Source of the DNA: an uncultured Bacteroidales bacterium
GTDB taxonomy: Bacteria > Bacteroidota > Bacteroidia > Bacteroidales > JBBRXJ01
Reading direction: 5' to 3'
DNA: 43,321 bases
Assembly: GCA_964390955.1 (NCBI GenBank)
Contig: CAYMKE010000002.1
Coordinates: 1-43,321 of the forward strand
Positions 34,964-43,321 of the stretch are shown here, piece after piece. A program made the position numbers and the translations under genes. Below the pieces are notes generated by a model that saw only the letters and a program-made list of their open reading frames with translations, was not told the DNA's origin and did no database searches. Numbering within the stretch: position 1 is the first letter of the stretch; each line of letters begins with the position of its first letter.

Positions 34964-36322
34964 ATGAACATTACCAAAGAAAAAATTGACGATTTAAACG
35001 CAGTGCTTAGAGTGAAAATTGAAAAAAATGATTATGAAGAGAGTGTTAAAAATGTGTTGTCTGACTACCGGAAAAAGGCTCAAATAAATGGCTTTAGGCC
35101 TGGCAAGGTGCCATTCGGCCTCATTAAAAAAATGTATGGTAAACAGACCAGAGTAAGTGAAGTCAATAAATTGGTGTCCGAATCCATTGCAACATATCTG
35201 GATGAGCAAAATATTCAAATTCTTGGTGAACCAATGATCAAAGAAGAAGAACAGCCAACAATTGACTGGGAAAATGAGGAAGATTTTGAATTTGTATTTG
35301 ATCTGGGGTTATCTCCGGAAATGAATATTGATTTTAACAGCAAGATCAAAGTACCTTATTACATCATTAAAGTAGATGATAAACAGATTGATGAATTCAT
35401 AGACGAATATTCCCGCAGGTTCGGGCAATTTATAGATACGGATGAGGTCAAAGGAGAAGAAATTATCAAAGGCGACATACAGGAGTTGAATAAAGACAAA
35501 GAACCGAAAGAAGAAGGTGTAAAAGCCGATGATGTCACGATAGGAATGGATATCATTAAAGATGATAACATAAAAGCACTTTTTAACGGTGCAAAGGTGA
35601 ATGAAACGATCCGGTTTAATTTAAAAAAAGCATACCCGAATGAAACGGAAATTGCTTCATTATTAAATATTTCAAAAGAACAAGTCCCTGAATTATCAGA
35701 AGAATTTTCTTTTTCTATCAAAGAAATAAAAAGTTTTCAGCCTGCAGAAATTAATCAGGAACTATTTGATAACATATATGGAGAAGGTAATGTGAAATCT
35801 GTTGAAGAATTCAGAGAAAAAGTAGCTGAGGATATTGAGCGGATGAATGAGCAGCGAAGCGAATATAAATTGCACATAGATATTAAAAATAAATTTCTTA
35901 AAAAAGCTGACATTGAGCTGCCTTCAGAATTTCTAAAGCGTTGGATATTATCAACAAACAAAGATATTACAAAAGAAAAGATTGACGAAGACTTTTCAAA
36001 ACATGAAGATGACCTCAAATGGCAGGTTATAAAAAATAATATAGAACGGGAACATGATATTAAGATCACCAAAGAAGAAATCGAAGAATTTGCCAAACAA
36101 TATGCTTTAATGCAATTACAGCAATACGGCATCTCAAGCCTACCGGATGAACAACTTCAGAATTTTGTCAATGAAATGTTGAGCAAAGAAGATGAAAGCA
36201 AACGCATCGTTGACAGTAAACGCAATGAAAAGATCATGGAATTCATTAAAGAAAAAATTACATATGATGAAAAGAAAGTTTCAAAAGATGAGTTCAATAA
36301 AATGTTAGAAAAACAACAATGA
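34964..36322 (+). CDS. tig: trigger factor
   Basis: 452 aa. The N-terminus contains the ribosome-binding signature 'GFRPGKVP'. Position upstream of clpP-clpX is the classic arrangement. Confidence 0.92.
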   Translation: MNITKEKIDDLNAVLRVKIEKNDYEESVKNVLSDYRKKAQINGFRPGKVPFGLIKKMYGKQTRVSEVNKLVSESIATYLDEQNIQILGEPMIKEEEQPTIDWENEEDFEFVFDLGLSPEMNIDFNSKIKVPYYIIKVDDKQIDEFIDEYSRRFGQFIDTDEVKGEEIIKGDIQELNKDKEPKEEGVKADDVTIGMDIIKDDNIKALFNGAKVNETIRFNLKKAYPNETEIASLLNISKEQVPELSEEFSFSIKEIKSFQPAEINQELFDNIYGEGNVKSVEEFREKVAEDIERMNEQRSEYKLHIDIKNKFLKKADIELPSEFLKRWILSTNKDITKEKIDEDFSKHEDDLKWQVIKNNIEREHDIKITKEEIEEFAKQYALMQLQQYGISSLPDEQLQNFVNEMLSKEDESKRIVDSKRNEKIMEFIKEKITYDEKKVSKDEFNKMLEKQQ

Positions 36323-36380
36323 TCATTGTTTTATTCCGTTTTTTAATTTAATTTTAAATTTTTAAAAATATTGAAATGTG

Positions 36381-36427
36381 ATGAACCGAGGCATGACAAA
36401 ATTTTTACCACACACGCGCATGATTAT
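36381..36427 (+). repeat. intergenic repeat family U, partial (5' part only) copy upstream of clpP
   Basis: 'atgaaccgaggcatgacaaaatttttaccacacacgcgcatgattat' versus 'atgaaccgagcatataaaaaataatcattttttgcacacacgagaatgattg' at 18659. The similarity is patchy. Confidence 0.5.
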
Positions 36428-36502
36428 AAAAGATTTTATCTATACCGGGTTGAATGATAATCTCAATTAACCCAATTAACTTAGTAACTTAACAATAAAC
36501 AG

Positions 36503-37201
36503 ATGAAGAATATGGAAAATGATTTTAAAAATTATGCAACCAAACATATGGGCATAAACAGTATGGTATACGATCAGTTTACCTCTGTTTACAATAATTA
36601 TATATCTCCGACCATCATTGAAGAAAGACAATTGAACATTGCTTCAATGGATGTTTTTTCACGCTTAATGATGGACAGGATCATTTTTTTGGGGGTGCCT
36701 ATTAATGATTATGTAGCAAATATAGTTCAGGCACAATTATTATATCTTGATTCTGCTGATCCGGGGAAGGATATCCAGTTATATATTAATACCCCCGGTG
36801 GAGCTGTACATTCAGGACTTGGCATTTATGATACCATGCAATGGATCAGAAGCGATGTTTCAACCATTTGTACAAGCATGGCCGCTTCAATGGGTGCTGT
36901 ATTGCTTGCTGCCGGAACAAAAAATAAGCGCAGCGCATTAAAACATGCCAGAGTTATGATCCATCAGCCTATTGGAGGAGCTCAGGGACAGGCAGCAGAT
37001 ATTGAAATAACTGCCCGGGAAATTTTAAAGCTGAAAAAAGAACTTTACGAAATTTTAGCCCAACATAGTGGCAATTCTTATAAAAAAATAGAAAAAGACT
37101 CTGACAGGGATTACTGGATGACTGCTCAGGAAGCAAAAGAGTATGGTATGATTGACAATCTTCTTGAGAAAAAAGAAAAACCTGCGGATGAAGAATTGTA
37201 A
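36503..37201 (+). CDS. clpP: ATP-dependent Clp protease proteolytic subunit
   Basis: 232 aa. 'DRIIFLG', 'YINTPGG', the catalytic Ser context '[18 protein letters not shown]' and the His context '[10 protein letters not shown]' are present. Confidence 0.95.
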   Translation: MKNMENDFKNYATKHMGINSMVYDQFTSVYNNYISPTIIEERQLNIASMDVFSRLMMDRIIFLGVPINDYVANIVQAQLLYLDSADPGKDIQLYINTPGGAVHSGLGIYDTMQWIRSDVSTICTSMAASMGAVLLAAGTKNKRSALKHARVMIHQPIGGAQGQAADIEITAREILKLKKELYEILAQHSGNSYKKIEKDSDRDYWMTAQEAKEYGMIDNLLEKKEKPADEEL

Positions 37202-37256
37202 AGGTCATGTTGACAAGGTGGATATAAAAATGTACGACAAATAAAAACAATCAGAT

Positions 37257-38480
37257 ATGGAAAAATGTTCTTTTTGCGGACGATATAAAAAAGACACAAA
37301 ACTACTGATTGCCGGAGTTTCAGCACATATCTGCGATAAATGTGCTGAACAGGCAAATGACATTGTTAAGGAAGAAAATAAGAAAACATCAAAAGAATTT
37401 AGCTTAAATGATATCAACTTACATAAACCTGTTGAAATCAAAGATTTTCTTGATCAGTATGTGATCGGACAGGACAATGCAAAAAAATATTTATCAGTTG
37501 CTGTATATAATCATTATAAGCGAATAAAGTACGATACCAGGCATCAGAATGACGTGGAAATTGACAAATCCAATGTTATTTTGGTGGGGGAAACAGGGAC
37601 TGGTAAAACACTCCTGGCTCGCACCATTGCCAGAATGCTGAATGTCCCGTTTACCATTGTTGATGCCACCATTCTTACAGAAGCCGGTTACGTGGGTGAA
37701 GACATTGAAAGTATCCTTAGCAGGCTTTTGCAGGTAGCCAATTATAATGTTGAAGCAGCAGAAAAAGGTATTGTCTTCATAGATGAAATTGATAAAATAT
37801 CAAGAAAAAGTGACAATCCTTCCATCACACGGGATGTGTCAGGCGAAGGTGTTCAACAGGGTCTGTTGAAACTGCTTGAAGGTTCAGATGTGAATGTCCC
37901 ACCCCAAGGCGGACGTAAACATCCTGATCAGAAAATGGTTAATATTAATACCAAGAATATCTTGTTTATATGTGGCGGCGCTTTTGACGGGATCGAAAAA
38001 AAGATATCGCAACGACTGAATACCAATAGGGTAGGTTTCAATGCACAACAGGAAGCCGCAAAAATTGACCGGAATAATTTGTTACAATATATTGCCCCAC
38101 AAGATTTGAAAGCATTCGGACTGATTCCTGAGATTATCGGGCGACTGCCTGTTATAACACATTTGGATCAGCTGGACAGGAATGCATTGCGAAAAATCCT
38201 GGAAGAACCAAAAAATTCTATCATCAAACAATACAAAAAACTTTTTGAATTAGAGGAAATACAACTACATTTTGATGCCGAAGCGTTGGATTATATTGTG
38301 GAGAAATCCATAGAATATAAACTCGGGGCAAGAGGACTGCGCTCAATTTGCGAAGTCATCATGTCAGACCTGATGTTTGACATTCCTTCGAAAAAAGATA
38401 TTGAAGAAGTGACCGTATCAAAAGAGTATGCCAAATCAAAAATTGAAAAATTCAATTTGAATAAGTTGCAGGCAGCGTAA
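37257..38480 (+). CDS. clpX: ATP-dependent Clp protease ATP-binding subunit ClpX
   Basis: 407 aa. Zinc-finger 'CSFCGR ... ICDKC'. Walker A 'GETGTGKT'. Walker B 'IVFIDEIDKI'. 'GYVGEDIE' pore loop. 'GARGLR' sensor. Confidence 0.96.
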   Translation: MEKCSFCGRYKKDTKLLIAGVSAHICDKCAEQANDIVKEENKKTSKEFSLNDINLHKPVEIKDFLDQYVIGQDNAKKYLSVAVYNHYKRIKYDTRHQNDVEIDKSNVILVGETGTGKTLLARTIARMLNVPFTIVDATILTEAGYVGEDIESILSRLLQVANYNVEAAEKGIVFIDEIDKISRKSDNPSITRDVSGEGVQQGLLKLLEGSDVNVPPQGGRKHPDQKMVNINTKNILFICGGAFDGIEKKISQRLNTNRVGFNAQQEAAKIDRNNLLQYIAPQDLKAFGLIPEIIGRLPVITHLDQLDRNALRKILEEPKNSIIKQYKKLFELEEIQLHFDAEALDYIVEKSIEYKLGARGLRSICEVIMSDLMFDIPSKKDIEEVTVSKEYAKSKIEKFNLNKLQAA

Positions 38481-38513
38481 TTTAATGGTCTGTGCTTTGA
38501 GCACTATTATATA

Positions 38514-38816
38514 TCACAACGCGAATTTCATGATAGCGCTTGCAATGGCCAGAAAAACTGTTATGAATAAAACACCTCTTGCAGTCCTTAAAAAATTGAG
38601 CCATATAAAAATAAAAAAAGGTGCCAGGTTTGGAATGATGCACAGTGAAAGAATTTTTCCAAGCATAGGCCCTTTGAATATGGCCTCAAATAAATATTCA
38701 TTCCGGATGTATGGTTCCAATTTCACGTAGTAAAAAATCCAAAATGATATGAAGGGTATTACCAGTCCTACGATTATCCCAAATAATAATGAATCGAATT
38801 TTGATATTTTGCTCAT
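38514..38816 (-). CDS. hypothetical small membrane protein
   Basis: 100-aa ATG ORF, 23 nt downstream of surE on the same strand. It has three hydrophobic segments. I recognise no family. Confidence 0.55.
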   Translation of the reverse strand: MSKISKFDSLLFGIIVGLVIPFISFWIFYYVKLEPYIRNEYLFEAIFKGPMLGKILSLCIIPNLAPFFIFIWLNFLRTARGVLFITVFLAIASAIMKFAL

Positions 38817-38839
38817 GTTTTTAAAATTTATATGTTCAG

Positions 38840-39646
38840 TTATTCTTCATCCCAGGACCAGTGTTTCATATGTTCAAGCGCCCTGTACGCTGTTAAATCG
38901 CTATGCAATGGCACCACCGAAACATAATTGTGTTTCAATGCCCATTCATCAGAATCTTCTGCATTATGCTCATCATTTCGGAAACTTCCGGTTAGCCAGT
39001 AATATTCCCTTTTACCCGGGTCAATGCGTTTGTCAAATTCTTCAATCCACAACCCTTTAGTCTGCCTGCAGCTTCGGATACCTTTGATTTTATCCAGTGG
39101 AACATTGGGAATATTCACATTCAAACAAATTTCTCTCGGAAGGTTTGTGTGGATAACCGTGTTTATGATTTTTTTGACATATACATTGGCAGCTGAAAAA
39201 TCTGCATGTGCAGAATGATTGAGCAATGAAAAGCCAACAGAAGCAATGTCATTAATGCCGCCTTCAAGAGCCGCTGCAATGGTGCCTGAATAAATTGCAC
39301 TCACCGAAGCGTTTGATCCGTGGTTAATACCTGAAACCAGCAAATCGGGTTTGCGGTCTAATATTTGGTCCATGGCTATTTTTACACAATCAACAGGTGT
39401 TCCCGAACATTTATAAAATGTTAAATTTTCAGTGTCTTTAATTTTATTTAGCCGTATCGGATGGTTGATGGTGATTGCATGCGACATCCCTGAAAAAGCT
39501 GTTTCAGGTGCAACACATACAATTTTTCCAAATCCTGAAAGGGCTTCAATAAGGTTTCTCAAACCTTTTGCATCAAATCCATCATCATTGGTGGCTAAAA
39601 TTAATCGTTCCGTTTCTTTTTTCACATTTAAGTTCTTTTTATTCAA
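38840..39646 (-). CDS. surE: 5'/3'-nucleotidase SurE
   Basis: 268 aa. 'ILATNDDGFDAKGL', 'VAPETAFSG' and 'LLVSGINHGSN' are canonical SurE motifs. Confidence 0.93.
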   Translation of the reverse strand: MNKKNLNVKKETERLILATNDDGFDAKGLRNLIEALSGFGKIVCVAPETAFSGMSHAITINHPIRLNKIKDTENLTFYKCSGTPVDCVKIAMDQILDRKPDLLVSGINHGSNASVSAIYSGTIAAALEGGINDIASVGFSLLNHSAHADFSAANVYVKKIINTVIHTNLPREICLNVNIPNVPLDKIKGIRSCRQTKGLWIEEFDKRIDPGKREYYWLTGSFRNDEHNAEDSDEWALKHNYVSVVPLHSDLTAYRALEHMKHWSWDEE

Positions 39647-39704
39647 ATTGCAAAGCTATAAATTATACACTAAAGAAACTTTTAAGATGCAAAAAAAATT
39701 TATT

Positions 39705-39712
39705 TACTTTTG
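39705..39712 (+). promoter_or_regulatory. candidate -7 box (TACTTTTG) for pheT
   Basis: Matches TAnnTTTG, 34 nt upstream of the ATG at 39747. Confidence 0.4.
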
Positions 39713-39746
39713 TCTTTTAAATCGGACTAACAAATAAAAGGGTTTT

Positions 39747-42206
39747 ATGAAGATATCATATCAATGGCTGAAACAGTATCTTAACACGGACTTATCACCG
39801 GAAGCATTATCGGAGATCATGACCAATACCGGGCTTGAGGTAGAAAGCCTGGAATCTTATTCCCCTGTAAAAGGAGGATTGAAAGGTATTGTTGTAGGAG
39901 AGGTGATGAATTGTGAAAAACATCCCCAGGCAGATAAGCTGTCGGTTACAAAAGTGAATATAGGAAATGAGCAGGTTGTACCCATCGTATGCGGCGCTCC
40001 AAATGTAAAAGCAGGACAAAAGGTGCCGGTAGCCACCGTGGGAACAGTTTTATATAAAGGAGAAGAACAACTTACAATAAGAAAAGCCAGGCTTCGCGGG
40101 GAAACTTCGGAAGGGATGATCTGCGCTGAAGATGAAATTGGGATGGGAAACAGTCATCAGGGCATTATGGAATTAGACCCGGATGCTGTTCCCGGCACAC
40201 CGGCAAATGAATATTTTAATATAGAAGAAGATGCCATTTTTGATATTGATTTAACACCCAACAGGATAGATGCGGCTTCTCATTTTGGGGCAGCCAGAGA
40301 TTTAGCTGCTGCATTGCATCAACAAAATAAAAAAGCCTCCCTTGCTAAACCTTCTGTAGATGATTTTGTGCCTGATGAACTCACATTAAAAGCAGAAGTG
40401 ATTATTGAGGAACCTGAAGCATGCCCCCGGTATGCAGGAGTTTGTATCGCTGATGTAGAAGTAAAAGAATCTCCCCGATGGCTTCAGAACAGGCTTAAGG
40501 CAATAGGCCTGAATCCTATTAATAATATTGTAGACATTACAAATTACGTGTTGCATGAAACCGGACAACCCCTGCATGCATTTGATCTGGAAAAAATCAG
40601 GGGAAATAAAATTATTGTCAAATGTTTGCCTCAGGAGACAGAATTTGTCACACTCGATGAAGTGAAGAGAACACTATCGGCAGATGACCTGATGATATGT
40701 AATGCAGAAGAAGGAATGGCCATGGCCGGGATATTTGGTGGAATGGATTCCGGGGTAACCGCTAAAACAAAGAATGTATTCATTGAAAGCGCTTATTTTA
40801 ATCCTATGTATATCCGAAAAACAGCTAAACGGCATGGAATCAGAACCGATTCTTCATTTCGCTTTGAACGGGGCGCTGACCCTGAAAATACCCTTTATGC
40901 CCTTAAACGTGCGGCGTTGCTGATGAAAGAAATTGGCGGCGGAACCATTGCATCCGGTATTATTGATGAATACCCGCATCCGGTATATCCTCAACAAGTT
41001 CAATTATCCATATTGCAATTGAATAAATTCATCGGACAGGAAATTCCGGTCAATACAATTAAACAAATACTTCTTGATCTTGATTTTGAAATATTAAATG
41101 AATCAAATGGGGCATTTGAGCTTAAAGCGCCACTATACAGGGCAGATGTAACAAGAGAAGCGGATGTGATTGAAGAAATATTGAGAATCTATGGATATAA
41201 TAATATTGAGGCCCCGGAAAAACTAAATACCAATTTATCTTTTGCACCCCCTGTGGAGGATGAAGAAATACAAAACAATATTTCACATTTGCTCACGTCA
41301 AATGGATTCAATGAAATAATGGTCAATTCACTGACTAAATCATCATATTATGAACATTTATCATCATACCCTCAGGCACAATGCGTGCAGATTGTGAATC
41401 CGTTAAGCAGTGATTTGAATGTTTTACGCCAAACATTATTATTTGGTGGATTGGAAACCATATCACATAATATAAAACATAAAAATCCAAATTTAAAACT
41501 TTATGAATTCGGGAATTGTTATGCTTATATTCCTGCTGACAAAATCAATAATGAACCCCTGTCCGCATATCGCGAAGGATTGCATTTAGGGTTCTTTTTA
41601 AGTGGTGATCATGACATTCCGAACTGGGCTACAAAACAAAAGCCATCTGATTTTTTTCATATCAAATCTTATACTGAATTAATTTTAGAACGCCTGGGTT
41701 TGTTGGATATGGGATTTGAATTAAATGAGTTTGTCTCGGACATTTTTTTTGAAGCGCTTCAATATAAATATGATAACAAACCAATTGCTGAAACAGGAAA
41801 AATAAAAAAAAGTATTCTTGATAAGTTTGAGATCGAATCCATAGACGTGTATTTTTCTGATATTCATTGGTATAATGTATTGCAATTGTTAAAAGGGAAA
41901 TCCATTACATATAAAGAAATCCCCAAATACCCCGGGGTAAAAAGAGATTTGTCATTACTATTAAATAAAAACATAAAATATCAGCAAATTAAAGAATTGG
42001 CATTTAAGACTGAACAACGGATACTTAAAGATATTACTTTATTTGATATTTATGAAAGCGATAAAATTGGGAAAGACAATAAATCATACGCGGTCAGCTT
42101 CACCTTTCAAAAAGAAAATAAAACGTTGACAGATAAAGAAGTGGATAAGATCATGAACAAGCTGATGAACGTGTTTGAGAAAGAGATGGATGCCAAAATC
42201 AGGTAA
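39747..42206 (+). CDS. pheT: phenylalanine--tRNA ligase beta subunit
   Basis: 819 aa. 'MKISYQWLKQYL', tRNA-binding domain 'VVGEVMNCEKHPQADKLSVTKVNIG', B3/4 'NNIVDITNYVLHETGQPLHAFD', B5 and a C-terminal FDX-ACB-like domain 'YPGVKRDLSLLL'. Confidence 0.96.
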   Translation: MKISYQWLKQYLNTDLSPEALSEIMTNTGLEVESLESYSPVKGGLKGIVVGEVMNCEKHPQADKLSVTKVNIGNEQVVPIVCGAPNVKAGQKVPVATVGTVLYKGEEQLTIRKARLRGETSEGMICAEDEIGMGNSHQGIMELDPDAVPGTPANEYFNIEEDAIFDIDLTPNRIDAASHFGAARDLAAALHQQNKKASLAKPSVDDFVPDELTLKAEVIIEEPEACPRYAGVCIADVEVKESPRWLQNRLKAIGLNPINNIVDITNYVLHETGQPLHAFDLEKIRGNKIIVKCLPQETEFVTLDEVKRTLSADDLMICNAEEGMAMAGIFGGMDSGVTAKTKNVFIESAYFNPMYIRKTAKRHGIRTDSSFRFERGADPENTLYALKRAALLMKEIGGGTIASGIIDEYPHPVYPQQVQLSILQLNKFIGQEIPVNTIKQILLDLDFEILNESNGAFELKAPLYRADVTREADVIEEILRIYGYNNIEAPEKLNTNLSFAPPVEDEEIQNNISHLLTSNGFNEIMVNSLTKSSYYEHLSSYPQAQCVQIVNPLSSDLNVLRQTLLFGGLETISHNIKHKNPNLKLYEFGNCYAYIPADKINNEPLSAYREGLHLGFFLSGDHDIPNWATKQKPSDFFHIKSYTELILERLGLLDMGFELNEFVSDIFFEALQYKYDNKPIAETGKIKKSILDKFEIESIDVYFSDIHWYNVLQLLKGKSITYKEIPKYPGVKRDLSLLLNKNIKYQQIKELAFKTEQRILKDITLFDIYESDKIGKDNKSYAVSFTFQKENKTLTDKEVDKIMNKLMNVFEKEMDAKIR

Positions 42207-42276
42207 ATAATTTTTGTGGTCTTTGACCGGGAAAACGGTGATATTTATAATTCATTATTAAAAAAATTATTAAACT

Positions 42277-42360
42277 CACACGAGAATGATTATTTTAATT
42301 ATGCGGTTCCATATGACCATTGAACTAAGCATAGCGATCTCATGAACGAAGTGAGTAAAA
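42277..42360 (+). repeat. intergenic repeat family U, copy upstream of the UbiA-family gene
   Basis: Same orientation as 18695-18779. It ends 15 nt before the ATG at 42376. An indel ('gcgagctcc' vs 'gcggttcc') breaks any common + strand reading frame. Confidence 0.8.
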
Positions 42361-42375
42361 ATAAAATATAAACAT

Positions 42376-43257
42376 ATGAATAAAAACTCCGGTGCTGTCA
42401 AAAAATATATATCCCTCATTAAATTTGAGCATACACTTTTTGCAATGCCCTTTGCTATCATTGGTTTTTTTCTTGCTTTATACCGGACGAATGCAGAATT
42501 TCAATGGGAGTTGCTGTTGTATGTATTATTATGCATGATATTTGCACGGAATGCTGCCATGGCATTCAACAGGTATATTGACAGGGCCACAGATAAAGAA
42601 AATCCGAGAACATCCGGGAGAGAACTTCCAGGAGGATTACTGAACCCGGGAGCTGTTTTGATGTTTGTAATAATTAATTGCATTTTATTTATAGGCACTA
42701 CGTTTTTTATTAATACAATGGTTTTGTACCTTTCGCCATTAGCCCTGGCAATTGTGTTAGGATATAATGTTGTAAAAAAGCATACCATATTCGGGCATTT
42801 TGTTTTGGGGCTGGGTTTATCCCTGGCTCCCATTGGAGCGTACCTGTCTGTTACAGGGGCCTTTGACCTGCTGCCTGTATTGTTTTCTGTTATTGTTATC
42901 TTTTGGGTGAGTGGATTTGATATCATTTATTCTTTGCAGGATGAGCAATTTGACAAAACACATGCAATAAAGTCTATCCCGGCAAGAATAGGCCAAAAAA
43001 AAGCACTCATCGTGTCTGTTTCACTTCATTTTATATGCGTGTTGTTGGTGTTATACACAGGATATTACGCAGGTTTTGGAGTTTTATACTGGATCGGTGC
43101 CCTGATTTTTTCTGTCTTGCTTTTTTATCAGCACATCATTATCAAGCCAAATTATTTTAAAAAAATAAGCCTTGCTTTTTTTGTGTCAAACAGCCTTGCC
43201 AGCAGTATCTTTGCAATTTTTACCGTGCTTGATCTTTTACCCCTGTTTTTTAATTAG
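42376..43257 (+). CDS. UbiA-family aromatic prenyltransferase (4-hydroxybenzoate polyprenyltransferase-like)
   Basis: 293 aa, polytopic. First Asp-rich motif 'NRYIDRATDKENPRT'. Second motif 'DIIYSLQDEQFD'. Confidence 0.85.
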   Translation: MNKNSGAVKKYISLIKFEHTLFAMPFAIIGFFLALYRTNAEFQWELLLYVLLCMIFARNAAMAFNRYIDRATDKENPRTSGRELPGGLLNPGAVLMFVIINCILFIGTTFFINTMVLYLSPLALAIVLGYNVVKKHTIFGHFVLGLGLSLAPIGAYLSVTGAFDLLPVLFSVIVIFWVSGFDIIYSLQDEQFDKTHAIKSIPARIGQKKALIVSVSLHFICVLLVLYTGYYAGFGVLYWIGALIFSVLLFYQHIIIKPNYFKKISLAFFVSNSLASSIFAIFTVLDLLPLFFN

Positions 43258-43276
43258 TGTCTGTCTATAAAGTCAC
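43255..43276 (+). repeat. 22-nt stop-codon-overlapping motif 'tagtgtcYgtctataaagtca', copy 2
   Basis: See 20199-20220. Here it overlaps the TAG stop of the UbiA-family gene. The downstream sequence differs from copy 1 and runs off the window. Confidence 0.8.
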
Positions 43277-43301
43277 TTTTTTGCGATTAAAGCACCAAAT
43301 C

Positions 43302-43321
43302 ACAAATTACAAATTACAAAT
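43302..43321 (+). repeat. tandem heptamer (ACAAATT) x ~3, truncated by the window end
   Basis: 'acaaatt acaaatt acaaat', preceded by the related 'accaaat c'. Confidence 0.6.

Noticed and set aside
38492-38504. Hairpin 'gtgct-ttg-agcac' between the convergent clpX and small membrane protein genes. A similar 7-bp hairpin at 2546-2563 lies after hisB
   Set aside because: The stems are short (5-7 bp) and lack an adjacent U-tract on the relevant strand. Intrinsic-terminator rules are also poorly defined for Bacteroidota.
39651-39658. Minus-strand TAGCTTTG box only 4 nt upstream of the surE ATG, which would imply a leaderless surE mRNA
   Set aside because: The motif match is real, but the spacing puts the predicted start at or inside the start codon. 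Without transcript data this is as likely to be a chance match in AT-rich sequence.
42276-42461. 61-aa minus-strand ORF overlapping repeat U and the ubiA start. Also the short minus-strand peptides shared by repeat copies (MRLLCLVQWPYG.. / MRSLCLVQWSYG..) and the 7-codon ORF 'MNRAYKK' at 18659
   Set aside because: The 61-aa ORF overlaps a well-supported CDS in antisense. The shared peptides are 14-15 codons long with non-conservative changes and divergent ends, and there is no supporting start context. I treat the repeat as non-coding and only flag the possibility.

Overview
Low-GC chromosomal segment of Bacteroidota type. The phylum call rests on T9SS type A and type B C-terminal sorting domains, a PorP/SprF gene, TAnnTTTG -7 promoter boxes 18-37 nt upstream of many start codons, and no obvious Shine-Dalgarno sites. 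I support 29 CDS, one tRNA-Leu(UAG), one short gene relic, an intragenic 2130-nt tandem duplication and two families of intergenic repeats. I saw no rRNA, CRISPR array, transposase or integrase. Housekeeping genes: hisB (2.6-3.7 kb), then lipB-lipA, tRNA-Leu, tig-clpP-clpX, surE, pheT and a UbiA-type prenyltransferase (33-43 kb). The middle is accessory-like: a 1522-aa internally duplicated T9SS type A cargo protein (6.6-11.2 kb); a type B cargo / PorP-SprF / PD40-PKD module (14.1-20.2 kb); an unknown secreted protein plus a transmembrane propeller-SpoIIE phosphatase (20.4-24.7 kb); and a co-directional redox plus glycosyltransferase cluster (25.8-33.0 kb). The best candidate for something undescribed is at the left edge (151-2395, minus strand): an eRF1/Pelota-like protein sits directly downstream of a protein that fuses a ribosome-hibernation-factor-like domain to ECF-type sigma regions 2 and 4. 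Other items worth follow-up are palindromic, MITE-like elements abutting stop codons, a repeat recurring just upstream of three start codons, a GC-rich hairpin-dense island inside the glycosyltransferase cluster, and mosaic near-identity between the two halves of the giant adhesin-like gene. All family assignments come from motifs read by eye, with no database search, and are graded accordingly.
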